From: an uncultured delta proteobacterium
GTDB lineage: Bacteria; Desulfobacterota; Binatia; UBA9968
Length of the DNA stretch: 64,000 bases
Assembly: GCA_963760795.1 (NCBI GenBank)
Contig: CAVXEP010000012.1
Location: 192,001-256,000, forward strand
Reading direction: 5' to 3'
Positions within the stretch are counted from its first letter, which is position 1, and the number at the start of each line of letters is the position of its first letter. Made by a program: the position numbers and the translations under genes. Positions 1-11,024 of the stretch are shown here, in pieces. The notes under the pieces are model-generated. The model made no database searches. It saw nothing but the letters and a program-made list of their open reading frames with translations, and had not been told where the DNA came from.

Positions 1-87
1 AGCCGCGACTACAGCCAAACCCGCCATGAAAGGTGCGCACTGAATCTGATTCCACTCGTCCGCCGTAAAATCTGCTTTCGTCGCCAT
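1..87 (-). CDS. 5' end of a conserved hypothetical protein (runs off the window edge)
   Basis: Manual translation MATKADFTADEWNQIQCAPFMAGLAVVAA with a strong AAGGAGG RBS just upstream of ATG 87. Confidence 0.7.
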   Translation of the reverse strand, partial: MATKADFTADEWNQIQCAPFMAGLAVVAA

Positions 88-188
88 AGCTACCTCCTTA
101 TCTGGTAATTCTCTGATTTAAGTTCGTCTAGAGTTCCTCATGCGGTAATGCCAACTGATCAGTTCACTTTTTCAGCCCTCCGCGATTT

Positions 189-452
189 TTAAGCGAATCG
201 GTCGGCGGCTACCCAGCTTACGTATGCGTGAGCGCAAGGTACTCGGGGTGAGGCCGCGCTGCTAGTTACATTCACCTGCCGCTTGCGCCACAGCACGTAC
301 GGAATGGCCAGGATCGCGCCCATAACCAGGTACAGGACCACCGCAGCGGACGCGAGCTTTTGCTGCGGAAAGTTGGCGATAGCGAGCGCGACGCCCGGAT
401 GACGGGCCGCCGTGGCCAGCGCCAGGACGCCGCGATCTTCGGCCCGCGGCAA
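189..452 (-). pseudogene. C-terminal remnant of a bile acid:Na+ symporter (BASS)-like transporter
   Basis: EDRGVLALATAARHPGVALAIANFP...AAVVLYL resembles the last helices of this family; no N-terminal part upstream. Confidence 0.6.
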
Positions 453-509
453 GCGAACCCTTGAGCGCGACTTCGCGAACCTGGCTTCGATGCTCTCAGC
501 GACTCAGAG

Positions 510-1238
510 TCAATTAGTCAAAGGCGCTCGGCCATCCGCGGCCGCTGGCCGATCTGCCGAATTGCACACCTCGATTGCTTGTCGGAGCCGCTCTTCGGTG
601 GGATGGGCCGCGTCGCCCAGGTAATTTTGCTCAAGAAAGTTTTCCAATATGGCGATCCAGATGCGGCAATCCCAACCGATCCTTTGCCAGTATTCGAGCG
701 CTTTTCGATCCGCTGCCAACTCGAAAGTCCGTGAATAATTGTAGAACACCGCGGGTCCAAGCAAGCCCAGGTCACTGCCGGTAATGGAGTTGGCATTAAA
801 AGTAGGCTCGTGTGTCATGCCCGCATGCCCGAGCACATCATGAGCGATTTCATGAGCCAGAGTGTGCCTGAACAACCAACGGTAGCCCTGCTGGGTGTAA
901 GCCCGCCGGGTCAATTCGTAGCTGATGAAAATATCGTGCCCGCCAAGACTGAGGCCCAAAATATCTTCACGGGCAAATTTGACGAGATAAAAGTTATAGC
1001 GCATGGGTATGTGCGCGTTTTCGGATACCAGCAAGAGTCTCGCGCCTTCCTCGGCAAGAAACGCTTCGAGTTTCTGGTCGCTGGCGATCGGCAAAAGGAA
1101 ACGAGGATTTACCGAACACGCAGACGGCAGAACCAGACAAAGCCAAGCGGCAAACAATCGCATCATGAAAAACCTTAATTTCGACATTTCCACTGCCTCG
1201 TCTTCCCTTAGCCGAAAGATTGCCGGGACCGGCTTCAC
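510..1238 (-). CDS. M48-family zinc metallopeptidase, probably exported/lipoprotein
   Basis: HEIAH motif, downstream FELAAD and HPTEERL motifs, hydrophobic N-terminus ending LPSAC; GTGA overlap with the upstream gene. Confidence 0.8.
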   Translation of the reverse strand: MKPVPAIFRLREDEAVEMSKLRFFMMRLFAAWLCLVLPSACSVNPRFLLPIASDQKLEAFLAEEGARLLLVSENAHIPMRYNFYLVKFAREDILGLSLGGHDIFISYELTRRAYTQQGYRWLFRHTLAHEIAHDVLGHAGMTHEPTFNANSITGSDLGLLGPAVFYNYSRTFELAADRKALEYWQRIGWDCRIWIAILENFLEQNYLGDAAHPTEERLRQAIEVCNSADRPAAADGRAPLTN

Positions 1239-2203
1239 TCAACGATCGCGCATTCACGCGACGCGAGCGACGCGTTGAGCGGAAAATTCCCGTCGCGCGC
1301 GGCGATTTCCTGTGCATGTCCGGAACAGATGTAGCGCAAGAACTCGCGCACGGCCGGAGCCACTGCCGCGCCGGGCGGTCGGTTAATGTAAATAAACAGC
1401 TTGCGCGCCAGCGGATAACTGCCGTTGGTCGCCTGCTCGACAGTGGGCAGCACATAGGGCCCGCCGTCGGCACGAGCTACCGCGAGTGTCTTGGTGCGCG
1501 ATGCCGCCAGAAAGTGACTGGCGAACCCAATGGCGCCATCCTCGGTTGCCACCGCCTGCACGATGGACGAGGCCACCGGCTCGGGGCGCATATCGAGCCG
1601 GTAGTCACCGCCGGCAAGCACCAGCGAACGAAAGACGCCGTAAATTCCCTGATCGTACGACGGACCTTTGACGAGGATCATACGCCCAGCCCATTCTCCC
1701 GTGAGGCCCAACTGGCCCCAGGTGCGAATCGGCGCGTTGCCCGACTTCCGGCGGACGGAGTAGATCGCGTCCAACTCGGCAAAGCTCACGCGCGTGAGAG
1801 GATTATACTTGTTCACGTAAACCGCGATCGCATCGATGAAAACCGTGAGTCGGGTGGGCGCGTAGCCGAATTTTGCCTGGAAGCGCTGGACCTCGGCATC
1901 ACTCATGGGCCGGGTCATCGGCCCGAGGTCGGCGCGTCCTTCGATAAGCGCAGGAAGCGCGGTTTCTGAGCCTCCACCGGTCACCTGCAGATCGACCGCG
2001 GGATAGAGGCGACGAAACTCCGCGCTCCAGCGCAACAGCAGGTTCGACAGTGTCGAGGAACCCACCGAACGCACCGCACCCGCGATGGCGCCGGCGGGCT
2101 GGTAGTCCGCGATCTCAGGATCCACCGGGGGGATCGACTGCGGCGTCATCTGCGCAAGCGCAGTGGCTGGAATCAGCGCCAGGGCGAGGAGCAGTGCCTT
2201 CAC
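1235..2203 (-). CDS. pstS: PstS-family phosphate-binding periplasmic protein
   Basis: Signal peptide; VGSSTL, GGGSETA, DAIAVYVNKYNP and GSYPLARKLFIY motifs typical of the PstS/PBP_like_2 family. Confidence 0.8.
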   Translation of the reverse strand: MKALLLALALIPATALAQMTPQSIPPVDPEIADYQPAGAIAGAVRSVGSSTLSNLLLRWSAEFRRLYPAVDLQVTGGGSETALPALIEGRADLGPMTRPMSDAEVQRFQAKFGYAPTRLTVFIDAIAVYVNKYNPLTRVSFAELDAIYSVRRKSGNAPIRTWGQLGLTGEWAGRMILVKGPSYDQGIYGVFRSLVLAGGDYRLDMRPEPVASSIVQAVATEDGAIGFASHFLAASRTKTLAVARADGGPYVLPTVEQATNGSYPLARKLFIYINRPPGAAVAPAVREFLRYICSGHAQEIAARDGNFPLNASLASRECAIVE

Positions 2204-3542
2204 TTGGTTCCCGCGCGCCGATCCAACCTCGCGGCATAGGTCCGGTAGATCGCGAACATGACAAAAAAGACGATAATGAGCGCCACCCCGCGCCAGAAGG
2301 CGGTGTCGAGTATGCGCGCGGCCAACGTCTGGGTTTGCGCCAAGCCGCCCTTGGCGATCGCATTGAGCTGCTGCGGCTGAAGATTGTTCGCCAACAAAGC
2401 AGTGGTATCCGCCAGGCGATTGGCTTCTTGCAGAGCCGCCGCAAGTTTTTCCAGCGCTGCGCCGTACTCGCGAATGTCGAAGCGCCCATCGCCATTTTTT
2501 GTCGTAACCACGCGATCGAGCACTTCGAGCGTCCGCTCGCTCGAATGGGTGAGGCCGGTTAGTGCGCTGACTAGCGCGGTGGTGTCGCCAATGGCGTTAC
2601 GGTATTGCGAAGTCAGCGACTGGAGCATGGGCTGCTCGCGCTGGATCTCCATCAGGAACGCCGCCCGTTCACGCGCGATATCCTGCGGCCACCGCTCGAG
2701 AGTTCGGCTCGCAGCGAGGAACGCGCCCGAGAATTCTCGCACTTCCGAGTCCATGAATACGTCGTCTATGGCGGCGCGTACCTGCCAACTGAGGAGAAAG
2801 GGCAAGCGCTTGGCGTAGAAGAACGCGCGCTCGGCCAGCATGCGCATTTCGTCGACCGCTTTCGTCGCATCCCCAACGGGTGCCAGCAGACCGTCGCCGC
2901 TCTTTAGGTCGGCGATCACGGATTTACCGCGGGCGGCGGCAAAGTCGTCGAAGCGCACGTAGGAGACCAGTTCCACGCCGGGATTTCTCTGACGCCAATC
3001 CCAGATGAGATAATCGATGACCTCGAGTTGGTCCGGTTTCATCGTGCGCGCGGCGATCTGCCAGATGTCCTCGCGCGCCTTACGCGAAGCGACGATGAGG
3101 GGCGGCGCGCGATTGCCAAACCAGCGCTCGGCCAGGTCTTCTTCAATCCATTTTTGGCTCTGCAGCGTTACCACAAGCATGAGATCCAGCAAGCGCGTGA
3201 ACGGATCGGCATTGGTGACAATGTCGTAAATCGCGCTCGCCTGCATCAGACGCACCTGGTGCGCGCGGCGGCGCTGGGCCGCGTCCGGGTTGCCTCGCTC
3301 GATACTTTCGGTCGCGGTCATGATGTGCGTTAAGTAGCGATCGGCGAATCCATAGGTGACCTGCTCGAGTTCCGCCAGAGTAATCTGATTGGCGCCTTTC
3401 GTCCCCGGCTTGGCAGCAGCGGCAGACTGCGACCGGAAGGCTCCGTGTATCGTGCGCGTGCTTGTTCGATCGTCGCACAACCGAAAAAAAGCATGACGGC
3501 GGCGAACCCGGTCGCGAAGCAAGATCCTCGCACAATCGCCAT
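2200..3542 (-). pseudogene. Conserved hypothetical lipoprotein with an apparent frameshift near 3440
   Basis: Lipoprotein signal MAIVRGSCFATGFAAVMLFFGC is in ORF 3330..3605 while the 400-aa helical body is in ORF 2200..3522; one added base near 3440 joins them. Confidence 0.6.
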
Positions 3543-3573
3543 CGATCGCTTCGCTCGGCTCACGGCACCGAAT

Positions 3574-4041
3574 TCATCCAGGGCAGTCGTCACAGTTTCT
3601 AACACTCGTTTCAGTAAGGTTTATCGATAGGCGATCGGGCTGGTTTAACCTTTGAAAACCTTTACTTTGAACACGCCCTCGTGAAAAATAGCGGTGGCGG
3701 CACCACGCGAGCAGACAAAATCGGTCCGCCGCGAGCGCTGCGGCGGCCGTCGGATCGGCGAATTGACTGCCAGTCGGGCGAAACGCACGGCGCGTCCCTA
3801 GAATTTGCACCGTCGCAAAGTAATTGTTGCAACCGGTCGAGCCGGCAACCCGTTCGCCGCTCTTTTCGAACGTGAGCGTAGTCGGCGCCTCGTCGAGCGC
3901 GCCACGGTCGCCGATCGCGACGACGCACCAGGTCGTGCTGCCGAAAGCGGACTCCGGGGAGGGCATACGCGGTCCCGTTTGACAGGCAAGCGCCATCGGC
4001 GCCAGCGCAATCATGATTGCCGGCTTTTGCCCGGCAGCCAT
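3574..4041 (-). pseudogene. META/HslJ-domain lipoprotein, C-terminally degraded
   Basis: Lipobox-like ALAC, TTWCVVAI and GSTGCNNY META motif; similarity is lost after about residue 90. Confidence 0.65.
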
Positions 4042-4198
4042 GCTACCGGTGCTACCGATTTACTTTAGCCGGCGGAGCAAAATTTTCCGCCGCCGCTCGG
4101 GAGGCACCGAGGCGGCGGCGGATGCGCGCGCTGGGCGAAGGGTACCCAGCAGCGCGCGAGGACTTCACGCGCTTCATTGCGCGCAAAGCAACCCTTTA

Positions 4199-4360
4199 TT
4201 ACAAAGTTTCTTTTGCCGTGTCTGGCGCCGCGCCGGCCGCAGCTTCGGTTTACTTCGCCACTTCCTTGCCTGCCTCAACGACGCTTTCCTTGGCCTTGTC
4301 TAGCGCTTGACCGGCCTGCTCGACCGCTTTGTCGACTTGCGTGCCGGCCCGCTCAGCGCC
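4199..4360 (-). pseudogene. Remnant of a small Ala/Lys/Glu-rich (LEA/entericidin-like) protein
   Basis: Manual translation GAERAGTQVDKAVEQAGQALDKAKESVVEAGKEVAK*TEAAAGAAPDTAKETL*; in-frame TAA at 4250-4252; no start codon. Confidence 0.4.
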
Positions 4361-4507
4361 GGAAAAATAATTTCACGAGCTTTTGACGACCCGGTAGCCG
4401 GCCAAAAGCGCCAGGGCGCCAAATTGTTCACTCAACATTCACACTTTGGTCTTGTTTGAACCATACTGACCAAACAGACCGTTCAGCGCCATCGGGAGGG
4501 CGCTGAT

Positions 4508-4846
4508 TTACTCTTCAAAGTTCCTTACCAAGGAGCGGCCGCTCGGCGCGAGAATCTGCGGTGGTTTCGCAGCTCGCCGCAAACTGGATTTTTGCCCAGC
4601 CGCTTTTTTGATCTCCGGTTGCGCCGGATCGTTAGCCGATGGTGCCGATTTTTTGTGCGCCTTGTTCGCTGCTAACAGAACCATAAGTATGGTTGCCTCT
4701 GCGAGAGAGCTTTGTTCACCCCGGATCGCCACGCCATGAGGAGATTGCGCCGAGGACTGCTCCGGCTTATTGCACGCCGTGAGTGTGACGAAACCGCAAA
4801 GCGCCCACACGCCGATAACCCGCCGGATTGTGAAAGAGATTTGCAT
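4508..4846 (-). CDS. Hypothetical lipoprotein
   Basis: Basic N-terminus, hydrophobic stretch and LTAC lipobox. Confidence 0.5.
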   Translation of the reverse strand: MQISFTIRRVIGVWALCGFVTLTACNKPEQSSAQSPHGVAIRGEQSSLAEATILMVLLAANKAHKKSAPSANDPAQPEIKKAAGQKSSLRRAAKPPQILAPSGRSLVRNFEE

Positions 4847-5099
4847 TTGAACCTATTGGCCAACCGCCAACGCGACTTCGATCAACTATGCCCGCGTTGG
4901 AGAAGCGAGCCTAGCGAGGAGCACACCCGACCTGCCATCGGGCATTCCCTGATTTCGATTGCCAAATTCCTTAGAGAGATGGTGAGAAAACCGACCCGGA
5001 AAGGTCCCATTATCGATGACGGGTTCAGGCAAGAAGCATCACAACCTGGGAAGTTTCACAGGATGAATTTCACGTATCTCCGGTTAGTGACAGCGCCGG

Positions 5100-8000
5100 C
5101 TAACGGAGCAACTCGTCTGGCTCCGCCGCCTTCCTGGTTTTCTTCAATCCCAGTCTTAACATGCGGGAGCGGAGCGTGCTCGGATGCAATCCGAGAATAG
5201 CCGCCGCGCCCTTGGGTCCTTCTATGCGCCATCCCGTCTGCTGAAGGATTTCGACAATATGTCCGCGCTCGAGCTCCTCCAGTGTCGGTTCGTTGGGAGA
5301 TGGCGCGTCGAACATCATGCCGATTCTTTTCGCTGCTATCCAGCCGGAGATCGGCGGGCCGCCCCAGTCCTCGGGAAGCTCTAAGATTTGTCCCCGCGAC
5401 AGCACGGCGGCCCGTTCGATGACGTTTTGCAATTCCCTGATGTTACCCGGCCAGTCATAGCGCCGCAGGGTGTCAAGAATGCTATCGCGCACTTCAGGGG
5501 AGCCTTGTCCCAAGCGAATGCTTGCGTCTGCCAAAAAAGTAGTTGCCAGCACGGCGATGTCATCCTTGCGCTCGCGCAAAGGCGGCACGCGAATCGGATA
5601 GACGTTGAGACGGTAGTATAAGTCCTGGCGAAAGGTGCCGGTGCGCAGCGCCTCCTCGAGGTCACGGTTGGTTGCCGCAATGACACGCACGTCTACCTTG
5701 ATCGTCTTACCGCTGCCCAGCCGCTCCAATTCACCTTCCTGCAATACGCGCAGCAACTTCGCCTGCAGCGATAACGGCAGATCGCCGATTTCGTCGAGAA
5801 AAATCGTGCCGCCGCTGGCCAACTCGAAGCGGCCGAGCTGCCGGGTAAGCGCCCCCGTGAAGGAGCCCTTTTCATGACCAAACAGTTCACTCTCGATCAA
5901 ATTGGCCGGCAGCGTCGCGCAATTGACCTTGACCAGCGGCCGGCTGCGCCGGGTGCTGCGCTCATGCACCGCCCGGGCGACCAATTCCTTGCCGGTGCCA
6001 GTTTCGCCGAGAATGAGAACCGTCATGTTCGTCGGCGCTACTTGCTCGACGGATCGAAGAGTTTTTTTGATCGCTGCGCTGCTCCCGACGATGTCGCGGT
6101 GCCGGTGGGTATCCGACACCTCCGCGCGCAGATAGGTGTTTTCAGCCTCCAAAAGTTCTTTGAGCCGCTGCACCTCAGCCAGCGCTTGATGCAATGCATC
6201 TTCGGCTAGTTTGCGCTCAGTGATGTCGGTCGCCGTGCCCAGCAAGCGGTGCGGGCGGCCTTGCGCCGTAGTCAGCGCGATTCCGCGCACGAGAATCCAG
6301 CGTATGCGGCCGTCGCGATCGAAGACCCGGTAGGTCATTTCCGGCAGCGGCCCTTGGCCTTGCGAGTTTGCCTCCGCGATGGTTTCGAGCGCGCGTCGCT
6401 GCTCTTCCAGGACTCGATTGCGATCCTCCGGATGGATGATCTGCAACCATTTGGCGTGAGACAACCGCGAGGCAGCGAAGGACGGCGCCGGATCGATCCG
6501 AACCGCTTTCGTGGCAAGATCGAGATCCCATACCATCACGGCGCCGGCTTCCGCGGCCATCGCGTAGCGATATTGGCTTTCGCGCAAGTTTTCTTCCACT
6601 AACTTGCTATCGGTAACGTCGCGGCCGACGCTCTGGAACTCGACCACCTGACCGGAGCTGTCGAGAATCGGGCAGTTCACCCAATTCTGCCACCGAAGCT
6701 CGCCCTTGTGGTTAACTACCTGGTGCTCTTGACTACCTACTTGTTTGCTTTGGGCAAGCGATTCGATATGCGCTAGAGCTTGCCGGCGGTCCGCCTCAGG
6801 AAGCAGCGTCAGGAAGCTTCGACCGATGAGCTCTTCACGGCTGACAGCGAAATAATCGGCATAGGCGGCATTGACGAACGTCAACGTTGCGTCGGGTCGA
6901 AAGCGGCAGACCAGTTCCGTTTGTTCCTCGACCACGGTCCGGTAGCGCTCCTCACTGACACGCAGCGCCTGTTCCGAGCGCCTGCTCGAGAGCGCCGAAA
7001 CAAGAATCTCGCCAATCAAGTGGAGGCGGCTGACAAGATCGCTTGGCCAGGGCTGGAAGCGGCGAGTAGTTTGGAAGCCGATGCCATGAACCATCTCCGC
7101 GTTGATTCTTAGCGGCAGGGTCAGCATGGACTTTATGCCGTTGTGCGCGGCGTGGGCGCGCTCCTCGTTGGCCTCGGCGGGCAAGTCGCGCGCGACCTCC
7201 TCGAGCGCCACCGTCCGCCCTTGCGTCAACTGGTCAACCAGCCAGGGCAACAATGGAGCATCGCCCAGTGGCGCCGAAGCCTGGCCGTCGCCCAGCCGGG
7301 CATGATGCGTCGGCACCAGAGTTTTTGAATTCGGCAGACACTCGAACACATGGCAGCGGTCGATGTCCATGAAGACACAGACCTGTTTCAGCGCGCGCTC
7401 GACGTTGCCGTCAACCAAAGAAACCGCCGCATTGATGAAGCTCGCCGAAATCTCCGCAACCAACCGCTCGAATTTTAGCTGATCTTCCAAAGCCCGTTCC
7501 GAGCGCAGGCGCTTGGCGCGATGGAACAGCAGCGCGGCGATCAATAAAAACTGCGCTAAGCCTACGGCCGCCGCGATCCCAATGACCTGCTGGTGCCGCT
7601 GCCAAAAAGTCGGTTGGCGAAACTCGACTGCCGTGCCATTTGGCAGACGTTTTTCGCTCAAGCCCCAGCGCTGAAGCTGGCGCCAATCCACGGTCGGCAC
7701 AGTGAGCGAAATCTGCGGTGCAATCGAATCGGCCGTCTCCCCGGCAAGCAGTCGCGCGGCCGTCTCGCCGGCCGTCTTACCGTGGAGCTCGAAACTGGGC
7801 ATTGCGCCGCCTACGAAGCCCTGCTCTAAGTAATGGTTCATCACTCCATAAACCGGGGCGCTCGAGGCGTCAGACACCTGCTTGGCGACATCCCGGGACT
7901 GGTAAATTCGCCCGGTAACATCGCGCACTACGGTGAGATAGAGCACGATGGCGTCGCGCGGAAGGCCTTTTAGTTTTTCCAGGATTTGCGGCAGCGCCAA

Positions 8001-8663
8001 GTCGGTCAAATAAACGACCTCGATTTTTACCTTGGAAGCAGCCACGGCTTCGCGAGCGCGCCGAAGCCAATTCTTGTCGTACGGCGAAGCACCGGCGACG
8101 ACCACGATGCGGCGCGCATCAGGCTGCAGCCGCGTAGCTAGATTCAACGTGCCGGCCACGTCAAACTTCAAGTACACGCCGGTAACGTCGCGCGGTAGCG
8201 GATACCGGCCGACCGCATCTTCCGCGACATTGTAAAACAACACCGGCACCGCCGGTAAAAGCTGCTCGCGATGTCGTTGTACGAAGCGCAGCGCGTCTGC
8301 CCCAACCGCCATGAACAAGTCGATTTGCTGATCGTTATATTTCCTGCGAAAAAGAGATAGGAATTCGGCGCCCATCTCCACGTGGTGAAAATCGAGCGTA
8401 TCGACAACTTCGACAAAAAACTGAACGGTCCGGGAAGTCTTGCTTGCGAGAGCCTTGCGCATTTCCTCATCCTGAGCGATCGCGGCGGGAGCGAAGATAT
8501 TGGAGCTGCGAAAAATGACGACTTTGAAAGGCGCGCCCTCGCCGGTATTGACTTGGGCGGCGCCGGCGTCAAAACGGACGGGCAACGATAGGGCAATTGC
8601 GATCAGCGATAGGATGGCAAATTTTGCCGTGCGCATCATTGGGATAATACCACTCAGACACAC
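5100..8663 (-). CDS. Membrane-anchored sigma54-dependent activator (periplasmic ABC-substrate-binding-like sensor, TM, GAF, 2xPAS, AAA+, Fis-HTH)
   Basis: Walker [24 protein letters not shown], Walker [18 protein letters not shown]-terminal HTH; N-terminal signal and TM helix after PTFWQRH. Confidence 0.92.
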   Translation of the reverse strand: MCLSGIIPMMRTAKFAILSLIAIALSLPVRFDAGAAQVNTGEGAPFKVVIFRSSNIFAPAAIAQDEEMRKALASKTSRTVQFFVEVVDTLDFHHVEMGAEFLSLFRRKYNDQQIDLFMAVGADALRFVQRHREQLLPAVPVLFYNVAEDAVGRYPLPRDVTGVYLKFDVAGTLNLATRLQPDARRIVVVAGASPYDKNWLRRAREAVAASKVKIEVVYLTDLALPQILEKLKGLPRDAIVLYLTVVRDVTGRIYQSRDVAKQVSDASSAPVYGVMNHYLEQGFVGGAMPSFELHGKTAGETAARLLAGETADSIAPQISLTVPTVDWRQLQRWGLSEKRLPNGTAVEFRQPTFWQRHQQVIGIAAAVGLAQFLLIAALLFHRAKRLRSERALEDQLKFERLVAEISASFINAAVSLVDGNVERALKQVCVFMDIDRCHVFECLPNSKTLVPTHHARLGDGQASAPLGDAPLLPWLVDQLTQGRTVALEEVARDLPAEANEERAHAAHNGIKSMLTLPLRINAEMVHGIGFQTTRRFQPWPSDLVSRLHLIGEILVSALSSRRSEQALRVSEERYRTVVEEQTELVCRFRPDATLTFVNAAYADYFAVSREELIGRSFLTLLPEADRRQALAHIESLAQSKQVGSQEHQVVNHKGELRWQNWVNCPILDSSGQVVEFQSVGRDVTDSKLVEENLRESQYRYAMAAEAGAVMVWDLDLATKAVRIDPAPSFAASRLSHAKWLQIIHPEDRNRVLEEQRRALETIAEANSQGQGPLPEMTYRVFDRDGRIRWILVRGIALTTAQGRPHRLLGTATDITERKLAEDALHQALAEVQRLKELLEAENTYLRAEVSDTHRHRDIVGSSAAIKKTLRSVEQVAPTNMTVLILGETGTGKELVARAVHERSTRRSRPLVKVNCATLPANLIESELFGHEKGSFTGALTRQLGRFELASGGTIFLDEIGDLPLSLQAKLLRVLQEGELERLGSGKTIKVDVRVIAATNRDLEEALRTGTFRQDLYYRLNVYPIRVPPLRERKDDIAVLATTFLADASIRLGQGSPEVRDSILDTLRRYDWPGNIRELQNVIERAAVLSRGQILELPEDWGGPPISGWIAAKRIGMMFDAPSPNEPTLEELERGHIVEILQQTGWRIEGPKGAAAILGLHPSTLRSRMLRLGLKKTRKAAEPDELLR

Positions 8664-9193
8664 GACTATACTAAAAATCGCCGGACCTCTTCAATCGGTA
8701 GTGATTCAGTTTTGCCAAAATTTGTCGGGGCACCCGACTATGGGGCTGCCCGTTCGGAGGGCAGGCGCGTCGGCCTGCCCTTACTTCAATGCAACGCAGA
8801 AATTACACTGAACTGCGCCCGTTCAAACCCATGCCATGTTGCCATCGCGGCGCCTTCGCGCACTAGCCCGGAGGTCCAAATCACTGAAATGTTCGAAGAA
8901 TTTACAGGCGAGCTACTCGTACCCCGGAGCTTCAGTTGCACCGCGGCGCTGGAGAAGCGCGCCGGCGAAGGCCAATCTATTTGTCCGGCAGTACCGACTG
9001 AAGCTTTTTTAGACTAGCGAAGTTGTTCTGCAATCCATCGACGTGATCCAGCATTTCGACCAGCGACGATCGAGAAATAATTGTCGCCCGTGGTTATCGC
9101 CGGTTCGCCGCTTCGATTCGGTATTCCGGCCAATTTTGCGATGGCTTCGTTGACCGCGACTAAAGCTCGACGGACTGGTGTTTCATCCCGGAC

Positions 9194-9847
9194 TTAAGTT
9201 GACGTCAGACCTTCGCGGATACAATATTTCGTAAGTCCCGCAACGTTATGAATTCCGAGTTTATCCATGATCTGCTTGCGATGGGTCTCGACAGTCTTGA
9301 CGCTCAAGGTCAAACGAGCGGCGATTTCTTTGGTCGACGATCCGTCTGCAACCATGCGCAGCACTTGTAATTCCCTATGGGTCAACCGGGCGCCAATCAG
9401 TTGCTCGCCAAACAGCCGGCGCTCGGGTGGGTGTCGCACCTCCGCGGGTTTCGTCAATAACGGACTCAGATAGATAGCGCCCCGGTTCACCGCTGTGAGC
9501 GCCGCACTCAGCTCTTCAAAGGCGGAATCTTTCAAGACGTAAGCCGATGCCCCGGCTTGCAAGGCGCGCATGACCGGGGCGCTGGCAGCGACCGTCGACA
9601 GGATGACTACCTTGGTCTCCGGTAGCGCGGCTTTGATCTGCTGCGTCGCGTCGATGCCGCTCAGGCGCGGCAAGACGCCTTCCATGATGACGATGTCCGG
9701 GCGCAATTCTTTTGCCAATTTCACCGCTTCCACGCCGTCGTCCACTTCGCCGATGCATTCAAAGCCGGTCAATTTTTCCAGCAAAGACCGAAGTCCCTGG
9801 CGCACGATCTTATGATCATCCGCGAGCAACAAACTAATTTTCGCCAT
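9194..9847 (-). CDS. NarL/LuxR-family response regulator with Glu at the phospho-acceptor position
   Basis: REC domain LLADDH...DIVIMEGV plus LuxR HTH LTHRELQVL...SVKTVETHR; start trimmed to MAKISLL. Confidence 0.92.
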   Translation of the reverse strand: MAKISLLLADDHKIVRQGLRSLLEKLTGFECIGEVDDGVEAVKLAKELRPDIVIMEGVLPRLSGIDATQQIKAALPETKVVILSTVAASAPVMRALQAGASAYVLKDSAFEELSAALTAVNRGAIYLSPLLTKPAEVRHPPERRLFGEQLIGARLTHRELQVLRMVADGSSTKEIAARLTLSVKTVETHRKQIMDKLGIHNVAGLTKYCIREGLTST

Positions 9848-10018
9848 CTTCTTAGCGTCTTGATGGATCAAACACGGCTCTCGAAAGAATTTTTAACACC
9901 GGTGAGCCCGGTGCTGTGTGGAACTTTCACATGGCGGGAAGCCGAAACGATATCGGGCACGGCCTGATTTTCGCTGCGAATTCCCTTAGTGTATGAATGG
10001 ATCGGTGCGCGACCGGTG

Positions 10019-10663
10019 TCACAGTGTCGTGATGCCGGCTCGCACTGCGTACTTGGTAAGCCCGGCAACGCTATGAAGATTTAATTTGTCCATGATTTGT
10101 TTGCGGTGAGTCTCGATCGTCTTGATGCTGACATACAAGGTTGTGGCGATCTCTTTGGTCGACCTGCCCTCGGCGACCAACTGCAACACTTCTCGCTCCC
10201 GGGTCGAGATCTTGTTTTGCTGTCTCTCCTGATTCGACGCCGGCCGACCCAGAGACCTTCTGACCACTAGATCGGCGATTACGGGTGAAAGATAGGTTTG
10301 CCCATTCAACACGGCCCGAACACTGCTGAGCAATTCATCGAAAGTGGCCTTCTTGAGCAGATAACCGTTGGCGCCGGCTGCCAGGGCATCGAAAAGAAAA
10401 TGTCCATCGAGGTGACTCGACAGAATAATGACCTTGGTCTCAGACGAAACCTGGCGAATCTGCCGCGTGACTTCAATACCATTCAAGCCGGGAACGCCGA
10501 GATCGGTAATCACGATATGGGGTCTGAGTTTCTTGACGAGTGCCACAGCCAACCGACCGTCGCCCTCTTCTCCGACCACCTCTAAACCGGCATTCGCCAA
10601 TAGTATCTTGAGACCTTCCCTGACGAGTTTCTGATCGTCGACAAGCACAATCGTTTCAGCCAT
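10019..10663 (-). CDS. NarL/LuxR-family response regulator
   Basis: REC VLVDDQ...IVITDLG...YLLK and HTH STREREVL...SIKTIETHR; GAGGA RBS before MAETIV. Confidence 0.93.
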   Translation of the reverse strand: MAETIVLVDDQKLVREGLKILLANAGLEVVGEEGDGRLAVALVKKLRPHIVITDLGVPGLNGIEVTRQIRQVSSETKVIILSSHLDGHFLFDALAAGANGYLLKKATFDELLSSVRAVLNGQTYLSPVIADLVVRRSLGRPASNQERQQNKISTREREVLQLVAEGRSTKEIATTLYVSIKTIETHRKQIMDKLNLHSVAGLTKYAVRAGITTL

Positions 10664-10763
10664 AAACGGATCCTCATTTCGCGGTGATCGGGTGACCCGG
10701 CCAAAAAGCCGAAGATCAAGCATTCACCCTAGGTACTTTAGGTAGTCTACAGGAGTAATAGGA

Positions 10764-10778
10764 GCAATGGAGATGCCA
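10764..10778 (-). promoter_or_regulatory. sigma54 (-24/-12) promoter for the luxR pair
   Basis: TGGCATCTCCATTGC on the minus strand, exact GG-N10-GC spacing, about 100 nt upstream of ATG 10663. Confidence 0.7.
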
Positions 10779-11024
10779 AGACTGCCTTTGCCACAGGCAA
10801 TATTGGCATAGCCCAAATTCGGGACACGGGAATGCACCACAAGTAGTCAGAGAAACTACTAGGGATAATCCTTACTTGAGGGTTTCAATCTGACCTGCGG
10901 AAAAAGTAGCGGAGAGTAATCATGAAGATCTGGTTACAAGAGACTTAGTAAGGAATAGCAAGGAAGAGCGATAAATTTATCATGATGAATTCCACTATCC
11001 ACGACATTTAATGGAAAATATCTA

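Noticed and set aside
1220-1969. 249-aa plus-strand ORF
   Set aside because: Antisense shadow of the PstS-like gene
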